Positions 1-9,164 of a DNA stretch of 64,000 nt are shown here, piece after piece. The position numbers and the translations under genes were made by a program. The first letter of the stretch is position 1, and each line of letters opens with the position of its first letter. The notes under the pieces were generated by a model, which saw only the letters and a program-made list of their open reading frames with translations, had not been told where the DNA came from and searched no databases. The DNA comes from Burkholderiales bacterium (GTDB lineage: Bacteria > Pseudomonadota > Gammaproteobacteria > Burkholderiales > Usitatibacteraceae), in assembly GCA_038321965.1 (NCBI GenBank), contig JBBQFL010000016.1, positions 12,832 through 76,831 of the forward strand, written 5' to 3'.

Positions 1-8
1 AAGGCCGC

Positions 9-614
9 TTGCGCGCGACGTCGGACGTCAACACGCTGCTGGTCCTGACGCGATTCGATCAAGCAAAGGCGGATAAGATGCGTGAGCCAATGCGTCTGGC
101 CCACGCGACCATTCAGATGAACACCATGTTTTTGCTGGCGTCGGAGTTGCCGACGGCGATAGAGGCGTTTGCAGTGAAGTTTGCCGATATTGCCTCGCGC
201 CACCGGGTTCTCTTTGGCATCGATCCGTTCGCTGCGATTGAGCCGTCGCGTGACGCATTGGTGAGAAGATTGAAACAGGTATTGCTCAACCTGCAGTTGC
301 GGCTGCGCGAACGCTATGTACTGCTTAGCCTGCGAGAAGAGCAGATCGCGCTAGTCATCGCCGACGCAGCCGGCCCCCTGCGATCAAGTGCGGCATCATT
401 GTTGCATCTCGAAGGCCACGCCGCATTGCCGCCAAAAGAAGCACTCGAAAAAGTCGTCAGCGAGATGAAGGACGAAACCCTGTCAAATGTTTTGCACGCG
501 GTCTCGTCTGCTCGCGAAGATAGATTGCTCGAACCCGGCAAGGCACCGCTGACCCTGATCGGGCTGATCGAAATGACCCGTCGCCTCCGCGAACGTGTTG
601 AGCTCGTCCGATAA
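9..614 (+). CDS. Hypothetical protein, probably 5'-truncated at the window edge. The frame is open from position 3.
   Basis: 201-aa ORF, mostly alpha-helical in character, with no motif I can name. It ends 15 nt before the membrane protein of the DUF692 cluster. Confidence 0.3.
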   Translation: MRATSDVNTLLVLTRFDQAKADKMREPMRLAHATIQMNTMFLLASELPTAIEAFAVKFADIASRHRVLFGIDPFAAIEPSRDALVRRLKQVLLNLQLRLRERYVLLSLREEQIALVIADAAGPLRSSAASLLHLEGHAALPPKEALEKVVSEMKDETLSNVLHAVSSAREDRLLEPGKAPLTLIGLIEMTRRLRERVELVR

Positions 615-629
615 ACGCGGGATCACATC

Positions 630-1508
630 GTGAATCCGTTTGAACTCACCGGCTTCAGTTTTCTTGGCTTTTACCTCTTGCTGGGGATCGCTGCCATGCT
701 TGCCATGCGAGCCTGGATCCGGCATCTTGAGACAGCAAACGCGCCACCGACACAAAACATGACCGACCCGTATCTGATCGCGTATCTGCGAAATGGCGAA
801 AACGAGGCGATGCGGGTGGCAACGGTGGCCCTGCTGGATCGAGGGCTGCTGGTCGCTGTTGGCGAGAACCTGACGACGAAGAACAGCAAAGCGTTCGGCG
901 TGGTCCAGCGACCAATCGAGAGCGCGATACTGCAACACTTCGTATCTCCCGGCGAGGGCCATGAAGTATTCAAGAATATCGCCGCAAAGAGCGCTTGTAC
1001 CAGCTATGGGAATTTGCTCAAACAGCAGGGCATGATCGCCGACGCAGGCGTCTATTTGACGCGGCTGTTGCCTGCGTTGGTGATACTCGGTCTATTGGTC
1101 GCGGTGACTTGCACGAAGATCAGCATCGCTTTTTCACAGGGCCGTCACAACGTCGGCTTCCTGGTGGTACTGACCATATTGTTCGGCATCATTGCCATCG
1201 TCATCTGGTGCAGGCGACGCACCGCTCGTGGCGACGAAATGCTGGCGGATTTACGATCCCTGTTCTCGCGCTTGAAAAATCGCGCCAAATCGATGCGGGC
1301 CGGCGGACAAACCAACGAAGCTGCCCTGCTCGCCGCCGTATTCGGTCTGTCGGCGCTGCCAGCGGCGAGTTTTCCTTTCCTCGAAAGGCTGTACCCGGCC
1401 AAAGCGCGCGACGGCAGCGGTTGCGGGTCTACTTCGGATTCATCGTCCTCCTGTAGCAGCGGCAGCAGTTGTGGTGGCGGCTGCGGTGGTGGTGGCTGTG
1501 GCGGCTGA
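630..1508 (+). CDS. Membrane protein with a TIGR04222-like N-terminal domain and a C-terminal Cys/Gly/Ser-rich low-complexity tail
   Basis: N-terminal transmembrane helix, a cytoplasmic domain, then two TM helices. The tail reads ...GSGCGSTSDSSSSCSSGSSCGGGCGGGGCGG* directly before the stop. The stop (TGA 1506-1508) is followed after 1 nt by the DUF692 start. Confidence 0.6.
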   Translation: MNPFELTGFSFLGFYLLLGIAAMLAMRAWIRHLETANAPPTQNMTDPYLIAYLRNGENEAMRVATVALLDRGLLVAVGENLTTKNSKAFGVVQRPIESAILQHFVSPGEGHEVFKNIAAKSACTSYGNLLKQQGMIADAGVYLTRLLPALVILGLLVAVTCTKISIAFSQGRHNVGFLVVLTILFGIIAIVIWCRRRTARGDEMLADLRSLFSRLKNRAKSMRAGGQTNEAALLAAVFGLSALPAASFPFLERLYPAKARDGSGCGSTSDSSSSCSSGSSCGGGCGGGGCGG

Positions 1509-1509
1509 G

Positions 1510-2412
1510 ATGACCACGATGTCAAACAGTACTGATCGGGTCGGTATTGGCTGGCGCGGCGAATTGGCGGCCGGGATATTTTCAAATCTTGACAGCATCG
1601 ACCTGCTGGAACTCGTCGCCGATGATCATTTCCGCGCCACGCCGCGCGAATTGCGGGCACTTCGCACGCTGGCAAGCCACACACCGATCACGCTGCATGG
1701 TGTGGCAATGGGCCTCGCAGGGAGCGAGCCGACGCAGACTCGACGTATCGACAACATGGCGCGCCTGGTCGATGCGCTGCAACCGCAATCGTGGTCTGAG
1801 CACCTCGCGTTCGTTCGCGCCGGGGGCGTCGAAATTGGCCACCTCGCTGCACCGCCACGAACCGCGCAAAACATCGATGCTGCCGTTGCCAATATCGAAT
1901 GCGCAATCCGAATTGTCGGCCGTGCGCCGTTGCTAGAAAATATTGCCACCCTGATCAATCCCCCGGCCAGCAAGCTGGATGAAGCGACGTGGGTAACCGA
2001 CATCATCCTCGGCAGCGGCGCGGAACTATTACTTGATCTGCATAACCTGTACGCAAATGCCGTTAATTTTGGCATCGATCCCACTGACTTGCTGCTGCGA
2101 TTTCCCATCCATCGCGTAAAGGCGGTGCATCTAAGTGGCGGCAAATGGATACCGGAGCCGTCGATGGACGGTGCGTTGCCAACTGCGGAGCCGCGCTTTC
2201 GGCTGCTTGACGATCACGTTCACGACGTTCCTGACGCCGTATTTGATTTGCTGACGCTGTTGGCGCAGCATGCACCTCAGCGGCTTGATGTCATCATCGA
2301 GCGCGACGGAGAGTATCCTGATTTCACCTGTCTGCTGGCGCAACTTGATCGCGCTCGTACGGCGCTGCAGCGGGGCAGAAACGCATCAAACGCATTGCGG
2401 AGGGCAGCATGA
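1510..2412 (+). CDS. DUF692 (UPF0276; MbnB/TglH/HvfB-like multinuclear non-haem-iron oxidase) family protein
   Basis: About 300 aa. The motif ...RVGIGWRGELAAGIF...IDLLELVADDHF... fits the TIM-barrel DUF692 family. Start ATG 1510 is chosen as tightly coupled to the upstream stop; the ORF frame opens at 1471. Confidence 0.6.
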   Translation: MTTMSNSTDRVGIGWRGELAAGIFSNLDSIDLLELVADDHFRATPRELRALRTLASHTPITLHGVAMGLAGSEPTQTRRIDNMARLVDALQPQSWSEHLAFVRAGGVEIGHLAAPPRTAQNIDAAVANIECAIRIVGRAPLLENIATLINPPASKLDEATWVTDIILGSGAELLLDLHNLYANAVNFGIDPTDLLLRFPIHRVKAVHLSGGKWIPEPSMDGALPTAEPRFRLLDDHVHDVPDAVFDLLTLLAQHAPQRLDVIIERDGEYPDFTCLLAQLDRARTALQRGRNASNALRRAA

Positions 2413-2660
2413 ACCCAATTGCACTCGAGACTTTTTTGGCGAAGCTTTATACAGACCCGGCGGCCCGCAATTCTTTCCTTGCCGATCCTGTGCGGGCGGC
2501 GCACGACGCGGGGCTGGAAGATGACGACGTCAGCTCGCTGAACGAAATCGATAAAGTCGGCATGCGCATGGCGGCAGCAAGTTATGTGCACAAACGCGAA
2601 CAGCATAGGCAGCCAAAAATGGCGTTGCATGACACATGGGTGAAGTGGTTCAAGCGTTGA
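2409..2660 (+). CDS. Small (83 aa) Nif11-like helical protein, coupled to DUF692 by an ATGA overlap
   Basis: N-terminus LETFLAKLYTDPAARNSFLADPVRAAHDAGLEDDDVSSL follows the Nif11 / N11P leader pattern (F-L-x-K-x-x-T-D-P ... AGF-like ... DDL). It contains no Cys. Its start overlaps the DUF692 stop by 4 nt. Confidence 0.4.
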   Translation: MNPIALETFLAKLYTDPAARNSFLADPVRAAHDAGLEDDDVSSLNEIDKVGMRMAAASYVHKREQHRQPKMALHDTWVKWFKR

Positions 2661-2828
2661 CCGGGCGTCAGCGTCACCTGCGTAATTTCTGAATTTTAGA
2701 CAGCCATTGCTTCGACGCCGGTCGTGTCCCGGACAGCACGGCAGTGCTCGTCTCGTCACATTTTGATACACGGCGGCACGATATAGTCTGATCAAATTCC
2801 ACTTTCAAATTACATCCGGATCACCCCA

Positions 2829-4832
2829 ATGACAGCACCTAATTATTTGCTACAACGATTGTTGACCATTACGGCCTTGGGTCTCACTCCCCTCGGCGTA
2901 ACCATGGCGCAGGCACCCCTGGTTACGCCACCCGCAGCGTTAGGCTTGGACAACGTCCCCGCCATCTCTCAAAGCGTCGCGACGGAAGTGAGCAAATATA
3001 CAGAATTCAAGCCGACTGGCTTCTCCGGCTGGCATCCGACGCGCATGGAAATGCTGGTCAGTCGCCGCCACAAAAACACCACGCAGGTTTATCGTCTGCC
3101 CTCCCCTGGCGCTGCACTTGAATTGCTCACTGACTATCCTGAGCCGGTGCGCAGTGCTTCATATCAGCCAACGAAGGGTGACTATTTCCTGTTTGGCAAG
3201 GACAGCGGTGGCAACGAAGTATTTCGACTGTACAAACAGTTCGTGACAAAAAACGCTGCAAGTCAATCCGCCGCCGCCATTTCGCCCGATGACAAGCGCA
3301 TACAGTCACTTGCCTGGTCCAGTCGTGGAGATCGCGTGGTGTACACCACCGTGCCGGTCAATCGCAAGGGTTCCAACGACACGGTGCAATCGGAAGTCCA
3401 CATTGCCAGCCCCAACGGCAATCCTGGCAAGGATCTGGTTATCGCCTCACTGCCGGGCGGCGGATGGGGTGAGTTTACGTGGTCGCCGGACGACAAGCAC
3501 CTGGCGCTGCTGGAAGAAGTGTCAGCCAATGAAAGCTACATCTGGCTCATGGATGTCGCGACCGGGACCAAGCGCCGAATCACCGAAAAAGACGGTGCCG
3601 AGCAGGTTGCCTACGGTGGCGTGGAATTCAGCCGCGACAGCAAGGGAATATATACGGTTACCGATCGCGGCAGCGAGTTTCAGCGGCTGACCTATATCGA
3701 TCTGAAAACAAACAAGCAGACAACGCTGACGAAAGACATTCCGTGGGATGTCGATGCGTTTGACTTGTCGCACGACGGCAAACTGATCGCGTTTGTGAGC
3801 AACGAGGACGGTACCGGCAAATTGCACCTCATGGGCACAGCTGATGGGAAAGCGCTGACCACACCGACGCTGCCACTGGGTACACTGGAAAGTGTGCGTT
3901 GGCATCGCGACAGCACAAACCTGGCGATCACCGTGGCATCTGCCAAGGGCCCGGCTGACGTTTATTCGTTCAATGTAAAAACTGGAAAACTTACACGCTG
4001 GACCACCACTGAAGCGGTGGGCGCCGATCCCAGCACATTCGTCGAGCCGGATCTGGTTCGCTGGAAGAGTTTTGATGACCGCACGATTTCCGGTTTCGTC
4101 TATCGCGCCCCTGCTGCGAAGTTCGCCGGCAAGCGCCCGGTATTGATCAATATTCACGGCGGGCCGGAAGGACAATTTCGCCCAGGCTTCATGAGTCGCA
4201 ACAATTATTTCACCAGCGAAATGGGAATCACGGTCCTTTATCCGAATGTGCGTGGCTCCGCAGGTTACGGGAAGTCCTTCCTGAAACTCGACGATGGGCG
4301 GTTGCGTGAAGATTCCGTCAAAGACATCGGCGCGTTGTTTGACTGGATCGCGACGCAGCCGGATATGGATGCCTCCCGGATCATGGTATCGGGCGGCAGC
4401 TATGGCGGGTACATGTCGCTGGCAATCGCCACCCTCTATTCCGACCGGATCGCGGCCTCCATAGATGTCGTCGGCATCTCTAATTTTGTGACCTTCCTGG
4501 AGAACACGGAGAGCTATCGCCGCGATCTGCGGCGCGTGGAATACGGTGACGAACGCGACCCGGAAATGCGCAAATTCCTCGAGACTATTTCGCCGCTTAA
4601 CCGCGCCGCGCAAATCAAGAAGCCGCTGTTCGTGGTGCAAGGAAAAAATGATCCACGCGTGCCCTACACGGAGGCCGAGCAGATCGTTGCGACACTGAAA
4701 AAAGGCGGTACGCCGGTGTGGTACATGGTGGCAGCCGACGAAGGCCACGGCTTCGCCAAGAAAGCCAATTCCGACTATCAGTTTTATGCGACGATTGAAT
4801 TCATGCGCAGGTATTTGCTGGATAAAAAATAG
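2829..4832 (+). CDS. S9 family serine peptidase (prolyl oligopeptidase / acylaminoacyl peptidase-like), secreted
   Basis: Signal peptide, N-terminal beta-propeller-like region, and a C-terminal alpha/beta hydrolase fold with GGSYGGYM nucleophile elbow; the catalytic Asp and His lie downstream. Confidence 0.8.
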   Translation: MTAPNYLLQRLLTITALGLTPLGVTMAQAPLVTPPAALGLDNVPAISQSVATEVSKYTEFKPTGFSGWHPTRMEMLVSRRHKNTTQVYRLPSPGAALELLTDYPEPVRSASYQPTKGDYFLFGKDSGGNEVFRLYKQFVTKNAASQSAAAISPDDKRIQSLAWSSRGDRVVYTTVPVNRKGSNDTVQSEVHIASPNGNPGKDLVIASLPGGGWGEFTWSPDDKHLALLEEVSANESYIWLMDVATGTKRRITEKDGAEQVAYGGVEFSRDSKGIYTVTDRGSEFQRLTYIDLKTNKQTTLTKDIPWDVDAFDLSHDGKLIAFVSNEDGTGKLHLMGTADGKALTTPTLPLGTLESVRWHRDSTNLAITVASAKGPADVYSFNVKTGKLTRWTTTEAVGADPSTFVEPDLVRWKSFDDRTISGFVYRAPAAKFAGKRPVLINIHGGPEGQFRPGFMSRNNYFTSEMGITVLYPNVRGSAGYGKSFLKLDDGRLREDSVKDIGALFDWIATQPDMDASRIMVSGGSYGGYMSLAIATLYSDRIAASIDVVGISNFVTFLENTESYRRDLRRVEYGDERDPEMRKFLETISPLNRAAQIKKPLFVVQGKNDPRVPYTEAEQIVATLKKGGTPVWYMVAADEGHGFAKKANSDYQFYATIEFMRRYLLDKK

Positions 4833-4838
4833 TCGGAA

Positions 4839-4904
4839 AAGACTAGCACTGGCGCGCTTCTTCGAACATTTTCATGCCGGAAAGCTCGCCAGTGCTAGAC
4901 TTTT
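4839..4904. repeat. REP/MITE-like palindromic intergenic element, copy 1
   Basis: Inverted arms GACTAGCACTGGCG (4841-4854) and CGCCAGTGCTAGAC (4887-4900) directly after the peptidase stop. Related copies sit at 21447-21510 and about 57934-57998. Confidence 0.5.
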
Positions 4905-4959
4905 AGTCCTTCCCCTCTGGGAGAGGGAATGCTCCAACCAAAAATGAAGCGAAATCCCC

Positions 4960-5589
4960 ATGTACACCCTCTACTACTCTCCCGGCTCGGCCAGCATGGT
5001 CGTGCACCTCGCCCTTCTCGAAATCGGCGCGCCGCACAAACTTGAATTGGTCGATCTGGAGAGCGACCAGCAACGCAGTCCAGAATACCTGAAACTCAAT
5101 CCTCATGGCGTCGTGCCGACGCTCGTCATCGATGGCAGGGTGATGACCGAATCCGCAGCATTGCTGATGATACTGAGCGAACGGCACCCTGAAGCGCACT
5201 TGTCTCCTCCCATGGGGACGCCCGAGCGCGAAGCGTGGCTGCAGTGGATCGTTTACATGAGCAACTCGCTCGCCGCACCGTACCGGCTGTGGTTCTACCC
5301 CGCTGAACTCGGACTGGTCGAGCACACGGCTGAAAGCCGCAAGGCGGTGCAAACCAAAATCGAAAGCATCTGGAATCGGCTTGACGCACATCTTGCGGCA
5401 AGTGGTCCCTATTTGCTTGGCCGCGAATTCTCCGGAGCGGATTTGCTATTGACCATGCTCATGCGCTGGTCGCGCAACATGCCGCATCCGGTGACGGAAT
5501 GGTCGGCACTCAAGAAGCTGGCTGACCTGGTACGCGCACGGGAGAGCTGGAAAAAACTCTATGCCATCGAAGGGCTCAGCGAGTGGTAG
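4960..5589 (+). CDS. Glutathione S-transferase family protein
   Basis: N-terminal thioredoxin-like GST fold (MYTLYYSPGSASMVVHLAL...VPTL) and a C-terminal helical domain. Confidence 0.8.
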   Translation: MYTLYYSPGSASMVVHLALLEIGAPHKLELVDLESDQQRSPEYLKLNPHGVVPTLVIDGRVMTESAALLMILSERHPEAHLSPPMGTPEREAWLQWIVYMSNSLAAPYRLWFYPAELGLVEHTAESRKAVQTKIESIWNRLDAHLAASGPYLLGREFSGADLLLTMLMRWSRNMPHPVTEWSALKKLADLVRARESWKKLYAIEGLSEW

Positions 5590-5656
5590 CTGGTTGGAAA
5601 AAGTAGCCTGAATACCGGGGAACACCGCGCTGTCGGCCTAACGCGGCAAAACACGA

Positions 5657-6589
5657 CTACTTGGGCTGCACCACAGGAGGCGCCACCACCGGACCTTCGA
5701 CATACGGGTTGGGATCGAGCGCTTTGTTGAGCACTGCGGCAATACGCGCACCCGCTTTGGCGAGCTGTGTCGGGATGATCTCGACGGCGCCGTCGACATA
5801 CGACTGTGGTAGCTCAACTGGTGTCGCGGTCCACGCCTCGCGGCACACGAACGTTGGCAGCCTGGCATACGTCACCGACTTGCTCAGTTCATAAGATTCA
5901 TTCATCCAGTCGCGAATATCCGACTTCTGCCATTCGCGCGCCTCTTTGCCGCGGAAGCGGCTGACCAGTTGCAGTGCGAACTCTCGCTCACTGCTGCCGC
6001 GCAGAGTCAGCTTGACGAATTCGCTGTCCCACACTGCATGCAGCCGACGTGGATTGATGGCGCCAGGCAGCAATATATTCTTGAAATTGCCGCCGGCATC
6101 GCCATCGTCTGCGGTGTGCAGCGGCTGATGTATATCGCCGATGAAATGAACCAACAATCGCGCCGCCATTGCGCGAATTTCCGGCGGGTTGGTGAAATCA
6201 GCAAGTATTTTGGCTAGCACCGGCACGCGCGCTGATGCGCAATCGCCATTCGGACAATATTGCTCGAACGTCAGCGTCTGGCAGATGGGCTGATTATCCC
6301 AATGCCAGCGCTCGGAATTGGGGATGAGCAGCGCCAGTGTGGCGCGGTTAAGATCGGCATAATTTGCGATATCGCCCAGATCAGCACCCGGTATGATTTC
6401 ATTGAGCCGCAAGCGTGCGCGAGCCGTCATTAATTCCGCAGCCACGAGGCCGGTAACGCGATGGCCTTCTGCCCCCCAGGCAAAAACCGGTGCCGGTGCA
6501 AATGCCGCCGACATCAGCAGAGTTGCGGCGATCAGGCCAGCAACCAATCCTTTGTACGAATTGCTTTCCGACATTTGGATCATCCCCAT
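5657..6589 (-). CDS. S1/P1 nuclease family protein (secreted zinc-dependent endonuclease)
   Basis: Signal peptide followed by the hallmark WGAEGHRV motif at the mature N-terminus. The start could be the internal Met at 6574. Confidence 0.75.
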   Translation of the reverse strand: MGMIQMSESNSYKGLVAGLIAATLLMSAAFAPAPVFAWGAEGHRVTGLVAAELMTARARLRLNEIIPGADLGDIANYADLNRATLALLIPNSERWHWDNQPICQTLTFEQYCPNGDCASARVPVLAKILADFTNPPEIRAMAARLLVHFIGDIHQPLHTADDGDAGGNFKNILLPGAINPRRLHAVWDSEFVKLTLRGSSEREFALQLVSRFRGKEAREWQKSDIRDWMNESYELSKSVTYARLPTFVCREAWTATPVELPQSYVDGAVEIIPTQLAKAGARIAAVLNKALDPNPYVEGPVVAPPVVQPK

Positions 6590-6604
6590 TTTTATTTATC
6601 TACT

Positions 6605-7357
6605 TCAGCGATGAGCCGATGCGATAGCCGCATCGACTCGCTTGAACAACGGTCCTTGAAGGGAACGCACGTGTGCATCCCAGTGTTTCCATGTTTGCCG
6701 CAAGTCGTTTTGCAAGCGACTGGCAGTTTCGAGGTCGCCGACGTTTGCAGCCCAGATTGCATATTCGGCTTTTGACTCGACACCGCCGAAACGCGTCACC
6801 GCAATTTCGAATTCCTCTCTGGCCGGGATATTGCTTCCTTCGGCCGCAAGTGCTTGGGCGAGCAACACGGCCAGCTGCTCCTGGCGAAAACTCGCATTTC
6901 GTTCGCGAATGCACTGGAGCAATCGTACGGCGTCAGAAGGCTGACTGGCCAGCAGTTTTGCCTTGGCTGCATTGAAACCGATCTCCGGGTCTTTGGCAAA
7001 AGGGCCCTTCAGGCATAGATCGAATTGCTCCACCGCCTTGGCCGGCTCGTCCGCATCAAGCAAAGCGTTCGCCAGCCTGATCTGATTTTGTGCGGTGGGC
7101 GTCAGTTCAAACGCGTCCCGGGCAGCGCGTAGCTCGCGCGTTGGATCAAGTACCTTGAGTGCCACGGATAATGCGCTCTTGATGCCTCGGTCGACACGCG
7201 ACGCGGGCAAAAACTCGACCAGAAAGTAGACCAGACATCCCAGCAGCGGAAATGAAAACAGGATGATCAGCCAGTACATCTGGCGGCCTTTGCGGATCAC
7301 ATGGACGGCAAAAAAAATAGCCACCAGAAAATGTAGGCCCAATCCAATGAACGGCAT
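6605..7357 (-). CDS. Membrane protein with a PLDc_N-like N-terminal domain and a TPR-like C-terminal region
   Basis: N-terminus LHFLVAIFFAVHVIRKGRQMYWLIILFSFPLLGCLVYF resembles the cardiolipin-synthase N-terminal (PLDc_N) membrane domain. The rest is helical and repeat-like. Confidence 0.45.
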   Translation of the reverse strand: MPFIGLGLHFLVAIFFAVHVIRKGRQMYWLIILFSFPLLGCLVYFLVEFLPASRVDRGIKSALSVALKVLDPTRELRAARDAFELTPTAQNQIRLANALLDADEPAKAVEQFDLCLKGPFAKDPEIGFNAAKAKLLASQPSDAVRLLQCIRERNASFRQEQLAVLLAQALAAEGSNIPAREEFEIAVTRFGGVESKAEYAIWAANVGDLETASRLQNDLRQTWKHWDAHVRSLQGPLFKRVDAAIASAHR

Positions 7358-7449
7358 GCTTTATCCTTTCGCTTTCAGTTAGGCGTGTGCTGGTGTGCGG
7401 AACATAATACCTGAGCCCGGCGCCGATTCATCCGCCAGAAAGAAACCAC

Positions 7450-7854
7450 ATGAGCAATGCAGCACCCGGCAAAATATTGTTCGAACGCGCCGACGTCAAA
7501 GTGACAGAGTCGCGATTCGATACGGGCTTTGCCAGCTACACGATCAAAAGGATCAGCGCGGTACGCGTGGATGCGGAAAAGCGCCGCATCCGTCTCGGCA
7601 TGCCACTGGTAATTGCCGGGCTGGCTGGCCTGATTGCGGGTGCATTGACCAATTTTCCGCTATTGATTGTGGCGGGGGCAGCGTTCACGGTCGGTGGAGC
7701 AATGATGTGTTTCGCGAAAGTGAACCGCTGTGTGGTCCTAACGGTGCGGGGCGAAGACGTGAAAACCATCACGAGCAAGGATGCCGCGCTCGTTCACGAT
7801 CTCGCGGCCGCATTGACCGCGGCAATTACCCAGCGCAGTCACGGCAGCAAATGA
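7450..7854 (+). CDS. Hypothetical small membrane protein
   Basis: 134 aa with two adjacent TM helices (LGMPLVIAGLAGLIAGALTNFPLLIVAGAAFTVGGAMMCF). Confidence 0.4.
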   Translation: MSNAAPGKILFERADVKVTESRFDTGFASYTIKRISAVRVDAEKRRIRLGMPLVIAGLAGLIAGALTNFPLLIVAGAAFTVGGAMMCFAKVNRCVVLTVRGEDVKTITSKDAALVHDLAAALTAAITQRSHGSK

Positions 7855-7954
7855 TGGACTGAAAGTTAGGAACGAACTTCAATACAGTTTGCCACCCGCC
7901 CATCGCGGGAGTAAAACAGAGTTCCCATCCATGAGTGTATTGCGGGAGTTCGCC

Positions 7955-8365
7955 ATGAACCGGAACATGAGGAGATTGATCACGCGGTCGCTGGCCGCGG
8001 CTTGTGCCCTTTGGGTTGTGGCGGCGGCAAACGCCGTCGGATTGAGTGGCATCAAGCTGCAATCCGCGCTGGGGCAGCCGCTCAGGGCAGAAATCGACGT
8101 TACCGGCCTGGAAGCCGAAGAATTTGCCCGTGTAGTGGCGCGGGTGGCGAGCCCAGAGGATTATCAGGCGGCCAAACTCGCCTACTTGCCGCAACTACGC
8201 CAGTTACGAATCGACACTGAGCGCGGCGCCGATGGCAGGATGTTTCTGAAAGTCTCGGGAAGCCCAACGATCAATGAACCATCGCTGGAGGTATTGGTGG
8301 AATTCAATTGGCGGGGCGGGCGTTTGCTGCAGAAATATACGCTGTTGCTCGACCCGCCAAAATAA
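7955..8365 (+). CDS. FimV/HubP N-terminal-domain protein (stand-alone, secreted)
   Basis: Signal peptide, then LGQPLRAEIDVTGL...LVEFNWRGGRLLQKYTLLLDPP, which matches the conserved FimV N-terminal domain. Start is taken at the internal Met (MNRNMRRL). Confidence 0.55.
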   Translation: MNRNMRRLITRSLAAACALWVVAAANAVGLSGIKLQSALGQPLRAEIDVTGLEAEEFARVVARVASPEDYQAAKLAYLPQLRQLRIDTERGADGRMFLKVSGSPTINEPSLEVLVEFNWRGGRLLQKYTLLLDPPK

Positions 8366-8379
8366 AATGAAGCTCGTCG

Positions 8380-8751
8380 CTACTTCACCTCTTCTGCGAC
8401 GCCGCCAGCGCGTTCAACTTTGACGGCTTGAACTGGCACGAAGATCCATAGCAGGATGTACACAAGCACGCCGATGCCGTGCAGCAACGCGGTCAGGACA
8501 AATAAAATCCGCCACGACCAGGAAGGTATGCCGGATTGCACCGCGAGTCCGCCGCAAATTCCACCAATCCACTTGTCAGTCGTAGATAGCCGGTAATCAT
8601 TCAGCGACGACGGTGACTGCATTTGTCTGGGTGGCACTTGGCTGGAAGTGCTGTCGAGCACGCGTTTCTTGGCGAGAACGAATTCCTCCTCGGTCAATAC
8701 ACCCTGTTCGCGCAATGCCTGCAACTTTTGAATTTGGTCCGCCATATCCAT
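8380..8751 (-). CDS. SHOCT + PspC domain membrane protein
   Basis: SHOCT motif QIQKLQALREQGVLTEEEFVLAKKRVL, then the PspC motif DKWIGGICGGLA and a TM helix. Start is taken at MDMADQ (8751), because the longer ORF adds an N-terminal extension that does not look coding. Confidence 0.6.
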   Translation of the reverse strand: MDMADQIQKLQALREQGVLTEEEFVLAKKRVLDSTSSQVPPRQMQSPSSLNDYRLSTTDKWIGGICGGLAVQSGIPSWSWRILFVLTALLHGIGVLVYILLWIFVPVQAVKVERAGGVAEEVK

Positions 8752-9164
8752 TTTCCGTCTCCTGTTTCGATTCTCGGCGCAGTGGTTGCAGCCGATGAAC
8801 AACAGCATAGGCGTTTCCGCTTTGCAGGGGTTGGCGGCAGCGATGGAATGCAGAAACAATCTACCGAAGTTGCGTTTGAGCGGCTGAGTCGGCCGACGAA
8901 ATACAGCGCAAGACTTCGCGAAAATAGAAAACTCAAGCACCAGAGCGCCTCTCCGAGCATAAATAGTTGGAGGTGATCGCCAATAAAGGAGTTTTCTCAC
9001 CGACTTGGCGAATTTCATATCCTGAACGTGGTCGATGTCGCATGAGCGGCCGTTTGTGTTTACCAATCTGAAAACCGGACATGGTTTTGAAACGGTAATT
9101 CAGTTTGTGATCAAGCAGGGGATGCTGGAAGCCAAACCCGAGGCAGTTGTACTAGACTAGCCGC

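Noticed and set aside
8752-9066. 105-aa N-terminal extension of the PspC/SHOCT ORF
   Set aside because: The extension is Cys/Arg-rich, non-domain-like and precedes a clean Met-Asp-Met start directly before the SHOCT motif. It is most likely an untranslated open frame.
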